NCBI GenBank assembly: GCA_951406725.2
Contig: OX597814.1
Location: 181,288,001-181,352,000 of the forward strand
DNA length: 64,000 nucleotides
Reading direction: 5' to 3'
From: Octopus vulgaris
Lineage: Eukaryota
Part shown: piece after piece, positions 13,700 to 27,599 of the stretch
Position numbering within the stretch: the first letter of the stretch is position 1
Layout of the letters: each line of letters starts with the position of its first letter
Notes under the pieces: model-generated
What the model saw: the letters and a program-made list of their open reading frames with translations, nothing else
What the model was told of the DNA's origin: nothing
Database searches by the model: none
Translations under genes and position numbers: made by a program

Positions 13700-14390
13700 A
13701 TGAGGAAAAAGGATTGAGAAAAATTATCCAATAGATGGTGTAGGGTATGAAACTTGGTCAAAGTTTTAAGTGGAAGAGAAGTAGGCAATCATATTAGGTT
13801 TGAGTGGAAATAGCCAGTTAATAGCAAGAGACCACATTTTGTGTGTTGGTGAATAAGTAGTTAATTGTTGTGGGTTAACTTATAAGGATGGATAGATATT
13901 TGTTTTCTTTATTCTTGTGTATATGATGTGGGTGGTGATGCATTGTTCTAGTTGGACAAGTGTCACTTCACTATTGGAGTATACTTGTGCTAAGGGTCAG
14001 TAACCTTACAAAGGGTCTGAATGTGTTTCTGGTCCTGGAGAAAACATTGAGTCTTTATGACACACATTGAAGTACGTGCTATATATAGTTATCATAAAAT
14101 ACCATCAGAGATTATAAAGCCTGTTATTCATAGTGTGAAAATTTTAGCTGTGTGTTCATGTGTAGGGAGTGTAGCGTCTGCATTTTGGTGCTCATGTTGG
14201 CATATCCCATTGCAGAATGCTATTGAGGTCACTGCAGTGGTTTGCTTGTCTGATGAAAGGTATCAAGATAGCATGAAGATGAGGCCTATTCATAAAAGTT
14301 TAGAGAGGAGTAAAAATTGGTGTCATCTGCATAGGAGTGTATTGAGGGGGATGGTCAGAGAAAAGCAGAAAGAGGGAGACAGCTTTTGCA
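13700..14390 (-). mobile_element. Ancient non-LTR (CR1/L2/Jockey-like) RT fragment
   Basis: The reverse complement around 14319-14339 reads cactcctatgcagatgacacc = HSYADDT. The surrounding sequence is heavily decayed and the boundaries are approximate. Confidence 0.55.
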
Positions 14391-15133
14391 ACAAGTGATA
14401 TATTTTCTACACAGAAAAAAAACAAAAACATCTGATTTCACTCAGTGGATATTTTTAAAATAAAGCTTAAGCAAAGTTGAGTTAGTAACGCCGTTGCATA
14501 CTTATTATTCCTTTTATGATTAGCATTTTGATTTAGTTAGACTACTTTATATATATATAAAGTAATCCTCTACACACTCTGTAGCTGTTAAAAATTCATT
14601 TATTTGCCAGATTTTTGGTCAGTTGTATATTGATTAGCCATGACAACAAATGTGTTTATTCCTAGCTGGCCACGTAAGTGATAGAGAAAATTGTGTCCCT
14701 CTCAATCCCATACACTATAAAATCTGATAAATCAACTCCTAAATGGTTTATCCAAGGTTGTTTTGCTGCTGTACAAGAAAATACATTGCTTATAATACTT
14801 AGAGGAAAATATCCACTGACAACAACCATATGGTACACATATGTAAGCACAATTTGTACAGTATGACCAGCTAGTAAGTAAAACATGCCTGTCTATAATG
14901 CATGGCTTCTACACTCTCTGATAAAGTGAATGAATGCATTCTCTTATTGGGTTAGAAAAATTTTCAGTTTTGTTAAATCTTCCTTCCTACTACTTATCAA
15001 CACAGATGACTCTTCAAGCTGTACTCCAGTAGCTAAAGTCAACAGTTACTTTAACTCCACCCTTTATGTATATATATATGTATATATATATATGTATGTA
15101 TGTATAAGCAAAAATATTATTAATCTCTGAAAC

Positions 15134-15239
15134 ATCAGACTGGAGCCTGGTGCAGCCCCTGGCTTCCCAGACCCCGGTTGAACCGTCCAACCCATGCTAG
15201 CGCGGAAAACGGACGTTAAACGATGATGATGATGATGAT
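15134..15239 (+). mobile_element. Family A SINE-like 3' fragment
   Basis: atcagactggagcctggtgcagcc...ggacgttaaacgatgatgatgatgatgat. Confidence 0.85.
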
Positions 15240-16402
15240 TATGGTATTGAGTATTCTTTCAATGCTACATGTGTATATATGACTGTGTATATATATATAT
15301 ATACACATACATACACACACGCAAATATGCACCATATTGCAGCTAGACTTCCTTTGCTTAACCTATCTTCTCTACTACCTATGTTCACAAAAACTAAATG
15401 CAATAAATTCTTTAATCTTTAAAATACAAATGGACCAAATAAACATTATTACTCTGAAACAACAGGTCCATGTCCTTCTCTAACTCTTTAATTTTGCTCT
15501 TTCTATTGATACATATCTCAAGATTTGAAAGCATCTTTTCAAACTTGACAACTACCAGCCTTAATGTTCTTACATTTTAACAGCTGATCTTATTTTTAAA
15601 GTAAGGGAGGTGTTCATAATCACTTTAAATCAATGACTCCTTTGCAATAAGGCCACCTGGAGATTTACTTTTTGTTACTACATTACTACTATGAAGTTTA
15701 GTAAAAGCAAAGTGTTGCCTTTGAGAAGACTAAAGTCTTTGAACATACCTTAAAGAAGACTTCTCAGTTAAAATTGTTCATGGTTGTATGCACTTCTTGA
15801 ATCTAACCATCAGATTACCCCCATTGCAGTCCTTCCTCAGTACTCTGAGATACTCTGAGTTTTTAGTACCCTGTTAATATTCGCCTTTCTCTATTGTACT
15901 TATTCACAGTTATCTCAAGTTGTGCATACTACGTTACACTCATGCTCAGATGATTTCATTGGTTTTGATTCATGTTACCCCAACCTCTCTCACAAAGAAA
16001 TAAGTATCTCTCAAACATTTTGCAATTTTGACCTCATAATTTGGTGTCCATTAGCAGTAACAAAACATCTCAAGAACACAAATTCATCACAATATATCTC
16101 TTCTACTCACAAATAATATACTACTTGAACATGCCACTTCATACAAGTTCTTAGTTCATTAGACTCTCACAACCACTCGTGGAAACTATGCATCCTCTTC
16201 TTAGTAAGGACTATATCTCAAAAACTAGTTTCCATCTCTGGAGGCAAATCCTGTACAAAATACAAATGTCTACACTAGAATATTCCTAACATATTTGGGA
16301 TGGCATGTAGACTTGATTTAACAAACAACTTCACCCCTACACACACACACACACATTCAGTTCCCATCTACTAATTCTACGTCCAGCCAATTCCCATCAA
16401 TC

Positions 16403-16533
16403 AGTTTCACTTACAAGGCATTCATTAGCCCAAGGCTATAGTAAAAGACACTTGACCAAGGTGCCATGCTGTTGGGTCAAACCCAAGATCATATAGTTGT
16501 GAAGTGAACTTCTTAACCACACTGATATGCCTA
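16403..16533 (-). mobile_element. Family B SINE 5' fragment
   Basis: aaggctatagtaaaagacacttgaccaaggtgccatgc...cttcttaaccacac. Confidence 0.7.
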
Positions 16534-17081
16534 CATCTGAAAATAATTGGTAATCCTCTTATAGATCTCCTTCCAGACAGCTATCCACTTCAGAGAAGAT
16601 GCACCATCATTCTTTCATTATCCTTGTTATTCATAGTTTTAAAGATACAAATGTGCCTTTCTTCTATAAGAAAATAAATGCATCTTTGAAAACAGGCATA
16701 CAAATATTGGGTGTGAGAATATTCTGACCATAATGAACTATTGAAAGCTTTACAGAACCAATTGCTTCAGGTGGACCAATTACAGATGGAATGATAAATA
16801 CATTTCTTGCATGCCTTAATGTCTAATTTTTTTGAAAATGCACACCAATTTTATCTCAAAAGTTTAAAAAGAAAACATAAAATAAGGTTTCAGCTCTTTC
16901 AGTTACTTAGATGCTTTATGAACAGTTTAGTGGATAAATAGATCCTGTTTGCAATACCACCTCCTCTTTACAGTATATAAACACAATGTTTAGTATAGAT
17001 AACTATCTTTTGGAGATATAATTGGCTTATGAAAAATGTAAAATTCATCCTCCAGGACATGCTAAATTTTTGAGACTTATT

Positions 17082-17376
17082 CATCATCATCATCATCGTT
17101 TAACATCCATTTTCCATACTAGCATGGGTTGGACGGTTCGACCGGGATCTGGGAAGCCAGAAGGCTGCACCTGGCTCCAGTCTGATCTGGCAGTGTTTCT
17201 ACAGCTGAATGCCCTTCCTAACACCAACCACTCCGTGAGTGTAGTGGGTGCTTTTTACATGCCAGGCGAGGCTGGCAACGGCTACGATTGGATTGGTGCT
17301 TTTTACGTGCCACCAGCACGGAAGTCAGTTTAGGTGGCACTGGCATTGGCCACGTTCGGATGGTGCTTTTTACGTA
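17082..17376 (-). mobile_element. Family A SINE-like copy
   Basis: catcatcatcatcatcgtttaacatcc...; near-identical to 48199-48500. Confidence 0.85.
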
Positions 17377-19855
17377 GGAAAAAAAAGCATTCTCAATGCC
17401 AGGGATATATGATATATGTGTATGTGTATATATTCTAAAACTCCTTTATAACATGGATTTTGTTGAAGATTCATCTGTCAGTGCTAACTAATATGCCAGC
17501 ATTAAAAGCAAATGTTCAATGATGATAATGACTGCTACTACTTCTTTTATAGATTTGTATGCTGTGAAGGTTTGAAATGTTTCTGAAAATTGTGCCATAT
17601 TCCTTTTAAGCTGGCTTCATACTAGGCCTTTCTTATTCTTCATCTCTCAAATATCTTTATAAGTCCAGTTATATATTAGTGTTGATTCCTCAACTATACA
17701 CTCCACCCTACAAAATTAACCTATGTCTATTAAAAAAGTCATTATTTTACATTTATTCTCAGGAAAATGAGTGCTTTCATATATGGAGTTATATCAGCAC
17801 CCTGCAGTTTTTATTTCAGCTACTCTATTTCATAGTAAGCTGTAAGGGTAGAGTACTATGTAAACACAGTTTACCAAAATACATTAGTAATCTTTAGAAA
17901 AAACAGATAATAATAAAAATATTAATATCAATATAGACAGTAGAGGAGCATGGTAATTACCAGAAAAGGGGAACTAGCAGAAGTTATGCATAGAATAGAC
18001 TGGGGAAAAGTGATGAGAAGCAAACCAGACTAGTTGATATAAACAGCTTCTACAAAATATACAAATAAAAATTAAAGTAAAAAAAAATACTTTGATAATG
18101 TGGAGAATTTTTTTCTAAACTAAATACATTTAATTAGCAATATTTTTTGTACCTTTTTCTCTTAAGTTTATTTTCTTTTTTTGTGATTTACCTCTTATCT
18201 TGTTCCTATTTTGGTATGTAATTTCTGGTTGCAAGATTTTACAATTAGATGTCCTTTCTGACATCAATCCCTGTGTTCAAGACTAAGAACTATCCATTAG
18301 TCATTTCTCTTTTCTTTTTTTTTTTTCTTCAACACAAAAAAAGCTGCTTCAATTATCTAAATTTCTTAATTATGTGTAGGTGTGTTTGCACATGCATGCT
18401 GTATATGTACAAAGCATTATCTTTTAGATAAAAGTAAGTAGTAGCTATGAAACTAGTTTTTTCTCTGTAACAGTGAGAATACATAATTGAGTTAGAAAGC
18501 ACAGTCAAAGATATTTCCTTCTGAGTTTGCTTTTACGAAAAAGAAAGAAAAAAAAAAGAGATGTTATGTTGTATATAAATGAATAAATAAGTAAAAGTCG
18601 GTGAAACATTATTGAAATATCATCTATGAACCTACAATGGAGCTAGGTTTCCTGTAACTCAAACGCTGAGTCCATTCAGTGCAGTGAGGCCAGTAACATC
18701 AGAGTTTCACAAGTGCTAAGTCTATTTTTCTGCTCAGAAATATTTAATATGAAAAATTTATACTGTTGAATTATGAGACTTAATATTGAATTCAAAATTA
18801 AGTATTCAATAATATTCCTGATATATCTAAGATGGCAGAAAGTAATGTTTCAACATTTTCAGTTTTATTGACTGTTATTACTCACAGATACTTTGTGGGT
18901 GAAATTATATTTCTACCTTAACTAATATTGCTTTATGACTATTTTTACCTTTATACTTCCCTGAAATAAACCTACTTTTTAACAGGCTTAACTGGTTGTC
19001 TTTTACTGCTATATTTAGTCATAATTGTTTTATTTCTTTTTCTGTCATATTGTCTTCATTTGTCAGAAACATATGAAATAACATTATGCAATCAGGGGCC
19101 GTCTACTTGTTTTTACATTTTCTGTAGTTTAAGATGCTTAAATGGTATTTCTTATTTTGTCCCACTTCTTTTTTTAAGCGGTTCGTGTTCAGACACCTGA
19201 AGTGTTGCAAGCAACACTTGAGAGATTTGATTCTGAAATAGCTATGTTAAACTAAGCTTCATTCAGTTGTTATAACATAACAACAAATCTTATATCTAGA
19301 GATTGTACAAAGTAACTCATAATCTCTGATGGTGGTCCCACTGTCAAAAGTATTATCTCCTAACCACGAACATCACTATATTCTTTTGTACACCCACTGG
19401 TTGCACTCTTCACAGAGTGTTGAATTACTGCCTGTTCCTTTTTGACACAATCTTGTACACCCACACATGCTACCCTCATGCTACCCTCCTGTTGTTTCTA
19501 TAAGACTATTAATGTTATGACTATACGTACAGCAGAAGATTCAGCTATTTTTAATATTTTTGTTTTTCTCTGAATATATTTTTTTTCTAAAAAGGAATGA
19601 GGTTTATGTTATGACAGCTTGTGTGTGTGTGTAACAACAAAGTTTAACTTTTAAACTGTCCAAAAGATTTAGATACTTTAATTACCATTGTTAAATTTTT
19701 TTTTATTAAAGAAACAGCCATGTGCAGAATGGAAGAAAATAGCTCCAGCTTTTCAAATAAGAAAGCTAAGGGCAATAATTCTTAATAGTTAAAAATAATA
19801 TTTAAACACTGACATAGTTAGCTTCTCCCTCTCCCCCTCTCTTTCTCTCCCCTCC

Positions 19856-19889
<34 letters not shown>

Positions 19890-22265
19890 GTCATTGGACT
19901 GCAGGTATCCTAAGCACCACCTTCAAGTTTAGGTTTTGGTATCATATTAAACTCAGTACTTATTTCATCAACATCTACTTATCAAATTGCTAAGTTATCT
20001 TTTAACTTAAAGGAAACAACTCAACACATAGGCATAGCCAGATGCCCTTTCTATCACCAATCCTTACTTGTTTTCAAGTTATTCTATAAATCTTTGAAAG
20101 CACAGAGCCAGCAGCAGATTTTTTTATAGAAAAATAAAACTTCACTGCTTGCATCTTGGTGCTTTTTCAAGCAAAGCATGCATGTTGTAAATATTTATTA
20201 GGCACACACACACACACACACAATTGCATAATGTATGAACTAGAGGTCATTTTTAAAGAAAACGATGAATTAGTTTACAAATTTTTAAATTCCTTATTCA
20301 GCTGCCTTTCATGACTTGATAAATTTTTAAGGATCTATTTGCAAAGAATATATATTTGTAAATGTTTATGATTTAATTAATGTTTTTCCAAATGTATTAA
20401 ATGTCTAATTTGTTTCTTCCACCAATTAAAAACAAATGAAAATCTTTTTGCATATTAATTTTCCTAAATTTCTGAAACTTGGTCATTAAATAGAATGAAA
20501 AAGTTTATCAGTTTAGCATTGCATCTAATGAATATTTTTCATTTTGGCTATGTAGCTAAAATATTTACAAGGGTGTACTTTGTTTGTAAAGCATCTTTAG
20601 AAATTGTCTGATTTTAGGTCATCAAAATATTAGAAACTGATGACTCTGGTAAGATAGATAGTGTCTATCATGATCAAATATGGGGAATATCTGTGTACCA
20701 TGAGCTTAACATGGAAAGAGATGTTTTACTTTAGTCTCTACATGCAGACTCTAAATAGATGTGCACTCTAGTGAACATTTTATTACTAGAGAATTCTAGT
20801 CTGAGGATGATTGCTGGAACAACTTCTCAATGCTGAACTCAATACTGCAGGGGACAACTTTATAGTGTTGTATATGTGTTGTGAACACAATCACCAGCCT
20901 ATCTGTACTCTATATATCACTTTCTGATGATTGGTGGCTCTAAAATTATATGTACTTATCTACCAGGGCTGCAATATTTGATTGACATGTCAACAGTTAT
21001 CTGTTTATTTTTCAAGAGTATCAAAGTTATACTCTTGAAATTTTATTATTCACATACATGAATGTACACACATATAGTTAACAAAAAGAATTAGTTTGAT
21101 AAAAATCAAACTTTAAAGTTAATGAGTAGATAATGCTTGATGACTATTTCATATTTGATAAATTGCTTGAATACATAAGAGTTCAAAGACTGACAAAGAA
21201 ATCAATCATTATCAACTAAAAAGCATACATAAGGCAACATTCTCTCTTAGTTTGTAAATTTCAATAAGTTCATGTCATCATCAGAAGAGAATCCTAGCAT
21301 TTTGAGACAAACCTAGCATTGAGAATATGTGTGTTAGGAGAAGAGATAAGGAGGAAGATAAGATGAAAGACTTGGTAGCTCAGTGGCTTGAGTGACAAAA
21401 GTGAAAAGTGAAGCAGGGCAACATTATCACTCAGGACACTGACTTATTATCTAACTCTCTTTTTACTTAGGAGTGGAGGGTAAGGAGGAAGAAAGATAAC
21501 TAAAGTATATATTTTCAGTATTACCTTAAAAACATTTTTTCTCTCATGAAGTGTTTTGCCCAAAACATCAGGTTACTATTCTCCTTGTGACATAGGAACT
21601 TCACTAAATGTTTGTTTCTTTTTACATTCTATGAAGACTATCTTTAAAGCATTTTATTACTTACTTTTTTACTTTGTACTAGCATTACTGGAGTTAGTTT
21701 TATAAATTTTGATAATTCCATAATACTTGTTTCATAGTTGGAGGTTGTTTGTTCTACAAACCAATCAACAGCAAATGGGGAATAACATCTATATCCAGTT
21801 ATGCATACTTTTTCAATAGACAAACACTATAGATGTAGAAAGCTTTGAAAATTTAAGCATTATGTATTAAATTTTTTTTAATAGAAATTTTAAACATTGT
21901 GTCCAATATTGGCCAAAGAAATTAACTCCTCATTTTCTATGGAACTGAGTGAAGTAAGTAATGTATTCAAGTCATGTGCATAGCCTCTTCCTCCAGCCAA
22001 ACCAATAAAAGTTTGTTAAAGTCGTTAAAGTTTAGTCCCAGGTCAGATCTATGGTTAGAGGCATTCAAGCCATGACCATCTCATTACTGTTTTATGACTA
22101 GTGTTGGTTTGTTTACATCTCTGTAACTTAGCAGTATTGCTAAAGAAATTGATAGAATAAGTACCAGACTTAACAATAAGTACTGGAGTCAATGTAATCA
22201 ACTTACCCCTTCCCCAAAGTTGCTGGCCTTGTCCCAAAATTTGAAACCAATATTACTGAAATTTA

Positions 22266-22480
22266 AGGTGGCGAGCTGGCAGAATTGTTAGCATGACGGG
22301 CCAAATGCTTTATGGCATTTCATCCATCTTTACATTCTGAGTTCAAATTCCTCCATGGTTGACTTTACTCTTCATCCTTTTAGGGTCGATAAAATAAGTA
22401 CCAGTTGAGCACTAGGATCAATGTAATTGACTTATTCTTCTTACGAAATAACTGACCTTGTGTCAAAATACGAAACTACT
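22266..22480 (+). mobile_element. tRNA-like-headed SINE (family C)
   Basis: aggtggcgagctggcagaattgttagc (A-box-like) and gagttcaaattcc (B-box-like), then gtcgataaaataagtaccagttgagcact. Related copies lie at 480, 35210 and 56945. Confidence 0.75.
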
Positions 22481-22638
22481 ATTACTGTGAAATTAATTTT
22501 TATTGTTTTCTCTTCAAATAGCAAATCATTTGAATCAAAAAAAAAAGTTTAGACATAAGCATCAAATTGAGATAGAATAAGGCCCATTCGTGAACCTGCT
22601 TTTCTTCAGTGTCTCAAACTGGTGTTTGTTGTGCACAT

Positions 22639-23017
22639 AGGCACAGGCATGGCTGTATGGTAAGACGTTTGCCTCCTAACCACAAGGTTCCGGGTTCAGT
22701 CCCACTGTGTGGCACATTGGGCAAGTGTCTTCTACTATAGCTTCAGGCCTACCAAAGCCTTGTGAGTGGATTTGGTAGATGGAAACTGAAAAAAGCCTAT
22801 CGCATATGTGTGTTTGTGCATACACACCCCTCCACCGCTTGACAGCTGGTGTCGTTGTGTTTATGTGCCCATAACTTCGCGATTCGGCAAAAAAGACTGA
22901 TAGAATAAGTACTAAGCTTAAAAAGCAAGTACTGGAGTCGATTCATTCAACTAAAAATTCTTCAAGGCGGTGCTCCAGCATGGTCGCAGTCAAATAACTG
23001 AAACAAGTAAAAGAATA
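22639..23017 (+). mobile_element. Full-length tRNA-derived SINE (family B)
   Basis: A-box TGGCTGTATGG, B-box GGTTCAGTCCC, body gggcaagtgtcttctactatag, tail actgaaacaagtaaaagaataa. It is the reverse-complement homologue of 28698-29117. Confidence 0.88.
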
Positions 23018-24060
23018 AGGGGAAATGAAAATTTCCAAGATAATTTACGCTCTGTATTAGTTATCTCCCTTGGAGATGGTATCGCGTTTTGAACACTAAG
23101 GCAACAAAATTTGATTATTAATGCGAATTACTTGTTATATTCTGTTTTCGCCTGAAGTATCTTGAAACAAAGACAGCGATATATTTAAAACATAAAAATA
23201 ACATTTAGATAAATCTTGTTCTATTTAATAAATCTACAACTTAAAGAGGGTATCAAATGGTAAATAGGGAGTTACTTAAATGCTTAAAGTTATGCTCTTA
23301 GAGTTACTCGTCCTGACGAGTAATGTTTGGAATATACTTTGCCACTATAGGTAACATTGCGTAATGTTACATAGATACACAATCATAATTACTTCTACTT
23401 TGATTTTAAAAAAAAAAATTAACTTCACTTATAAGACAAATAATAATAAAATTTATACTAACGTCCAAAAATAGAATTAATTAACACAAATTTTCTCATT
23501 CGTATATTTGCAATAAATATACATTATCAATACTAATTAACTATCAATAGCAATAAAATTGTATTACCCTTCTGATAATGAAAAGCGGATACGGGATTTT
23601 ACAGTTTCCACTACATGTTCATACTTGAATTGAGTTCAAATGTTGGTTGCCTGACTGCGATCTGGATTTACATAATAGTTTAGCGTAGGAATTTAATGTT
23701 GCAATTGTTTTCTTCTATGTATATCTGTATATTGAGTAATTCTATGTGTGACATTTTTAGCACGATCAAGCGACTAACAATGAGTATTATTAATATTGAT
23801 AAGGATATGTATCATATACACACGCGCACACAACATTAAAGAGCGATGGAATAATTTTAAGTCGTTGTTAATAACAATAATAATAAAGAATAATTTAAAG
23901 TGTCAATTGACTCGACACACACAAATCGTGGGGTGGTGATTTCAGCCACTCAGAGAGTAGTATATGGTGACTATACGCAACTGTGCTACCGTGTTGAACC
24001 CATTGCACTGGTATCAGTATTATTCTAAAATAAACATACAAGCCTTGGGCTATTTCTATA

Positions 24061-24184
24061 CATACACGCAAGCATGTATCTGACTCATACACTGTTTACT
24101 TCCCAGACATTTGTACATTAACGCACATGCTTTATACGCACTTTTGACAAGTTGTTGTGCATCTGAGCACTGTATACAATAATT

Positions 24185-24214
<30 letters not shown>
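24061..24214 (+). mobile_element. CR1-like LINE 3' UTR fragment with (TTA)n tail
   Basis: Reverse-complement match to 33893-34015 (gcactgtatacaataatttcattattatt). Confidence 0.75.
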
Positions 24215-24215
<1 letters not shown>

Positions 24216-24299
24216 AATATTTGAATCTGACTTAATCTTAGTTTTTAGTGTGTCTTATTAGATTTTGAAACACAACTACAAAATCAAAAACACAATTAC

Positions 24300-24610
24300 A
24301 AAATCAAAAATCAAAATCGATCAACATGAATGGAAATTGTCGCTGTGATTCAGTGCTGGTGGCACATAAGAGAACCATCCAAACGTGGCCGTTGCCAGTG
24401 CCGCCCTGACTGGCTTCCGTGCCGGTGGCACATAAAAAGCACCCGCTACACTCATGGAGTGGTTGGCGTTAGGAAGGGCATCCAGCCGTAGAAACATTGC
24501 CAGATCAGACTGGGTCTGGTGCAGCCTTCTGGCTTCCCAGACCCCAGTTGCACCGTCTAACCCATGCCAGCATGGAAAGCAGACGCTAAACGATGATGAT
24601 GATGATGATG
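24300..24610 (+). mobile_element. Family A SINE-like copy
   Basis: gtgctggtggcacataa...ggagtggttggcgttaggaagggcatccagc...aaacgatgatgatgatgatgatg. Confidence 0.85.
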
Positions 24611-25216
24611 AACTAGATTATATCATGAAACTGTAAACAACAATTATCATAAAAATAATCATTTTAGCTAATGACTTTTCCACGAATTTATACTTGGAAT
24701 TTCTCGCCATGAAAACGAATACGGGGTGTGTATGTGCTTGTGGAATGTCGCTCATCCTTTGTTCCTCATTTTTGCCTCTCATATTATCCGGCAGCCTGCT
24801 CAAATACCATATCATGCATGATACAGCTACCTGTGTGGTGTACATAGCTGTTTCAGAATAACTGCCACAACAGTTCGTAGCAGGAAACTGAGAAATTAGT
24901 TTGCCTTTATAATCCAAGGTTATATTATTGAGCTTGAATTTACCGCTTTAATTGTATGTGACATATTCATCTAGCTCATCCAAAATAAACATGTGTATTT
25001 AAGAACTCACAAACTTTTACATTGATTTTTTTCGTTTATTTTATTTACTATAAAGTATCAAAATAAAAAAAGGGTATAATATCAGCGACTAGATAAAAGG
25101 CATGTTGAAAGATTTTGACAATAAGGGGGAAATTCATGCAACAGGTTCTTTGTATTCTTAAATGGCTAAAATCAAGTATCTTCGTTTGAAATATATATAT
25201 ATATATATATATATAT

Positions 25217-25474
25217 AAGTAGACAAATTAATTATCTTATTACGGATAATTCGAAAGATAACCGATACCTGGGTAGCAAAATTCACAACAGAAAGGGCAC
25301 GGTTGAAGTTACGACCATAGGGCATAAAATCCGTGCCTTAGTGCGGAAATTTGAAGTTTTATATATTAAGTATAGGAAGAATGGAGCTGAACGAAGATTT
25401 AACAAAATTCCTTTATTTTATTTTCATTTAAAGGAATTTTGTTAAATCTTCGTTCAGCTCCATTCTTTCCTATA

Positions 25475-25478
<4 letters not shown>
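25217..25478. repeat. (TA)n-embedded element ending in a ~49-bp-arm inverted repeat
   Basis: Flanked by (TA)n at 25190-25216 and 25479-25523. Arms 25367-25415 and 25429-25478 are reverse complements with one indel. Confidence 0.8.
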
Positions 25479-25526
<48 letters not shown>

Positions 25527-25971
25527 CGGGTTATTTTTAATAGATGTGATTTTTCCTCCAAACTTCCTATTTTATTACCAACAACTACAGCAAGAGTACT
25601 AAAGTACTCTTCATTGTTACCTTAGGTCAGGATTCATTCCCTTTAACGTTAAATGTTAACAGTAGAGATAATGTCTGCAAAAGTTATCTCCCCTGTCATT
25701 CGCTTGACTTGTAAAATTGATGTCGTTTTCCAAAATGGTTTATTCAGTTTTTCTCCCCTTAAATTTAAAGTACAAATAAATTAAATTTGTAGTTTCTTAG
25801 TCAATCATTGTATAGCAAATTTACTTTTTATAATTTTAAGCAAGAGAATTCATTTTTATTTTCTTTGTATGAGACTAGTCCAGTACGTAAACGTGTAGAG
25901 TATAAATACTTTGTGCGTGTATATATATATATATTTGTTTGTGTGTCTATGTATGTATGTGTGTGTATGTG

Positions 25972-26005
<34 letters not shown>

Positions 26006-26222
26006 TTTGGTTGTATTTACAGATACATAGATCTCAAAACATGAGTATGTATGCACAATCTCTTGTATATCTGATGTTAACAAAATTCATAACTCAGTTT
26101 TTCCCATTTTATTTGAAAATGTATATTCTTCAATCTTTTTAAAGATATGAATATAGAATTAATAAACATTATTTTGCAGAATTTCTAAATGAATGTCTAA
26201 TGTAATGAATTTTCTATTCTAG

Positions 26223-26407
26223 AAAAATCCAGTGGTTCTAAGATAAAAAAGAAACCATCATTCCGAGATGATATTAAGGCAATGATAAAACGAAGACCAT
26301 CTGCTCCTAGTCAATCACCAAAGTCCAAAAGCAAGAGCCTCAACAGAACACACAGTCTCAATGAAGGATCCAAAACTGACAAACATGATAAAGATATTAC
26401 TATTGAT
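26223..26407 (+). CDS. Internal coding exon of an unidentified host gene; K/S-rich, probably disordered segment (xKSSGSKIKKKPSFRDDIKAMIKRRPSAPSQSPKSKSKSLNRTHSLNEGSKTDKHDKDITID)
   Basis: Acceptor ttttctattctag|, consensus donor |gtaagt, 185 nt stop-free (phase 1 in, phase 0 out), protein-like composition with KKPS/RRPS basophilic kinase-type motifs. Not in the ORF track. Confidence 0.75.
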
Positions 26408-27209
26408 GTAAGTTGATTCTTTAAAACATATTAATCTATTAATCTATTTTAGATTACAGGATAATGGTATTTCCAAGTTATTTTTTTAAGATTTGTTTAC
26501 AGATGATTTAAGGAATATAATTGATATGTTGTGTAGCTATTAAAATTCAATAAGCTATACTGTCGTGTACAAGGTATTTAATGAAATATGTTGAATTTTA
26601 AAATTCTGTGATAAGCTTGCAGATTTACAATGATTCTAATGGTGCATGAAAACTATATAATCTGAATAACTAACCCATACCATACTATTGATATTCACTG
26701 AAGTTAGATTGCTTTTGCTCTCTGCGCTGTTGAAATCATTCTCTATAGAAAAAGAAATCCAAGTAATTTATGATTTAGCTACCTTATAAATGTTTTGTAA
26801 TATTTTATCAAGGTACCTTCCATCGTCAACTATCATAGATAATTTCTAACAAAACGTACCCTATAATAGATTTAAGCAAGAAATAATGCTACTGATTTAA
26901 ATTAAATTCTATAAAACTAAATTGATGAAGATTATCATCAACATCATTTTAACACCTACTTTTCCATGCTTGCATGGGTTAGACAAAACAATTGAAGTAA
27001 ACTTTCTTCACTTAAATGTTATTTCTTTGCCAATCTGTTTCCATGCAAAGTAAAGATTTTGTTAGTCCTTTGAACAAAAATAAGACAGTGACCAGAGAAG
27101 ATTACAAACAAATTACACTGCTTGTACAAGTGTGGTGTTTGTTTACGATTGGCACATGATGTCAAAACAAAGAGATGTAAATCCAATACACACTCATGTG
27201 TACACACAC

Positions 27210-27242
<33 letters not shown>

Positions 27243-27245
<3 letters not shown>

Positions 27246-27599
27246 CATAAATGAGGGCAAAGGAAAAAAATTCTAATGCCAAATATGCCGAAAAATTGGA
27301 CATATTGTCCATTAACCATATAATTGTTTCACAATACACACGCTACTCGAAAAAAGGCTGACAGAAATTTCTAAAAAATTCCATTATTACCATATCGGAC
27401 CGATTTCAGAGCTAGCTACTAAGAGCCCTCTCTTCGTCAGTGATACATGTGGCAAAAGAAATAAATGAGATACTTACTCATACCCATGGAAGAAGCAAAC
27501 ACTAAGTCATGGGCACAACTAAGTACCCCATATACATCCAAAATAGAAATACTCCAGCCCATTCGAGGCACGTGCGATTTGAACTGAGGCTCTCACAGA

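Noticed and set aside
18832-18920. ATG GCA GAA... short ORF in non-repeat sequence
   Set aside because: Weak donor, early stop and no other support.
21541-21580. Possible decayed + strand hammerhead (ctcatgaagtgttttgcccaaaacatcag)
   Set aside because: The core is mutated in both conserved boxes and cannot be supported.
22639-22715. tRNA gene
   Set aside because: The A/B boxes are the head of a SINE; it continues into a conserved SINE body and no convincing cloverleaf forms.
23304-23340. CTGACGA hammerhead-like core
   Set aside because: No correctly placed GAAA or stems; it is one arm of a small palindrome.
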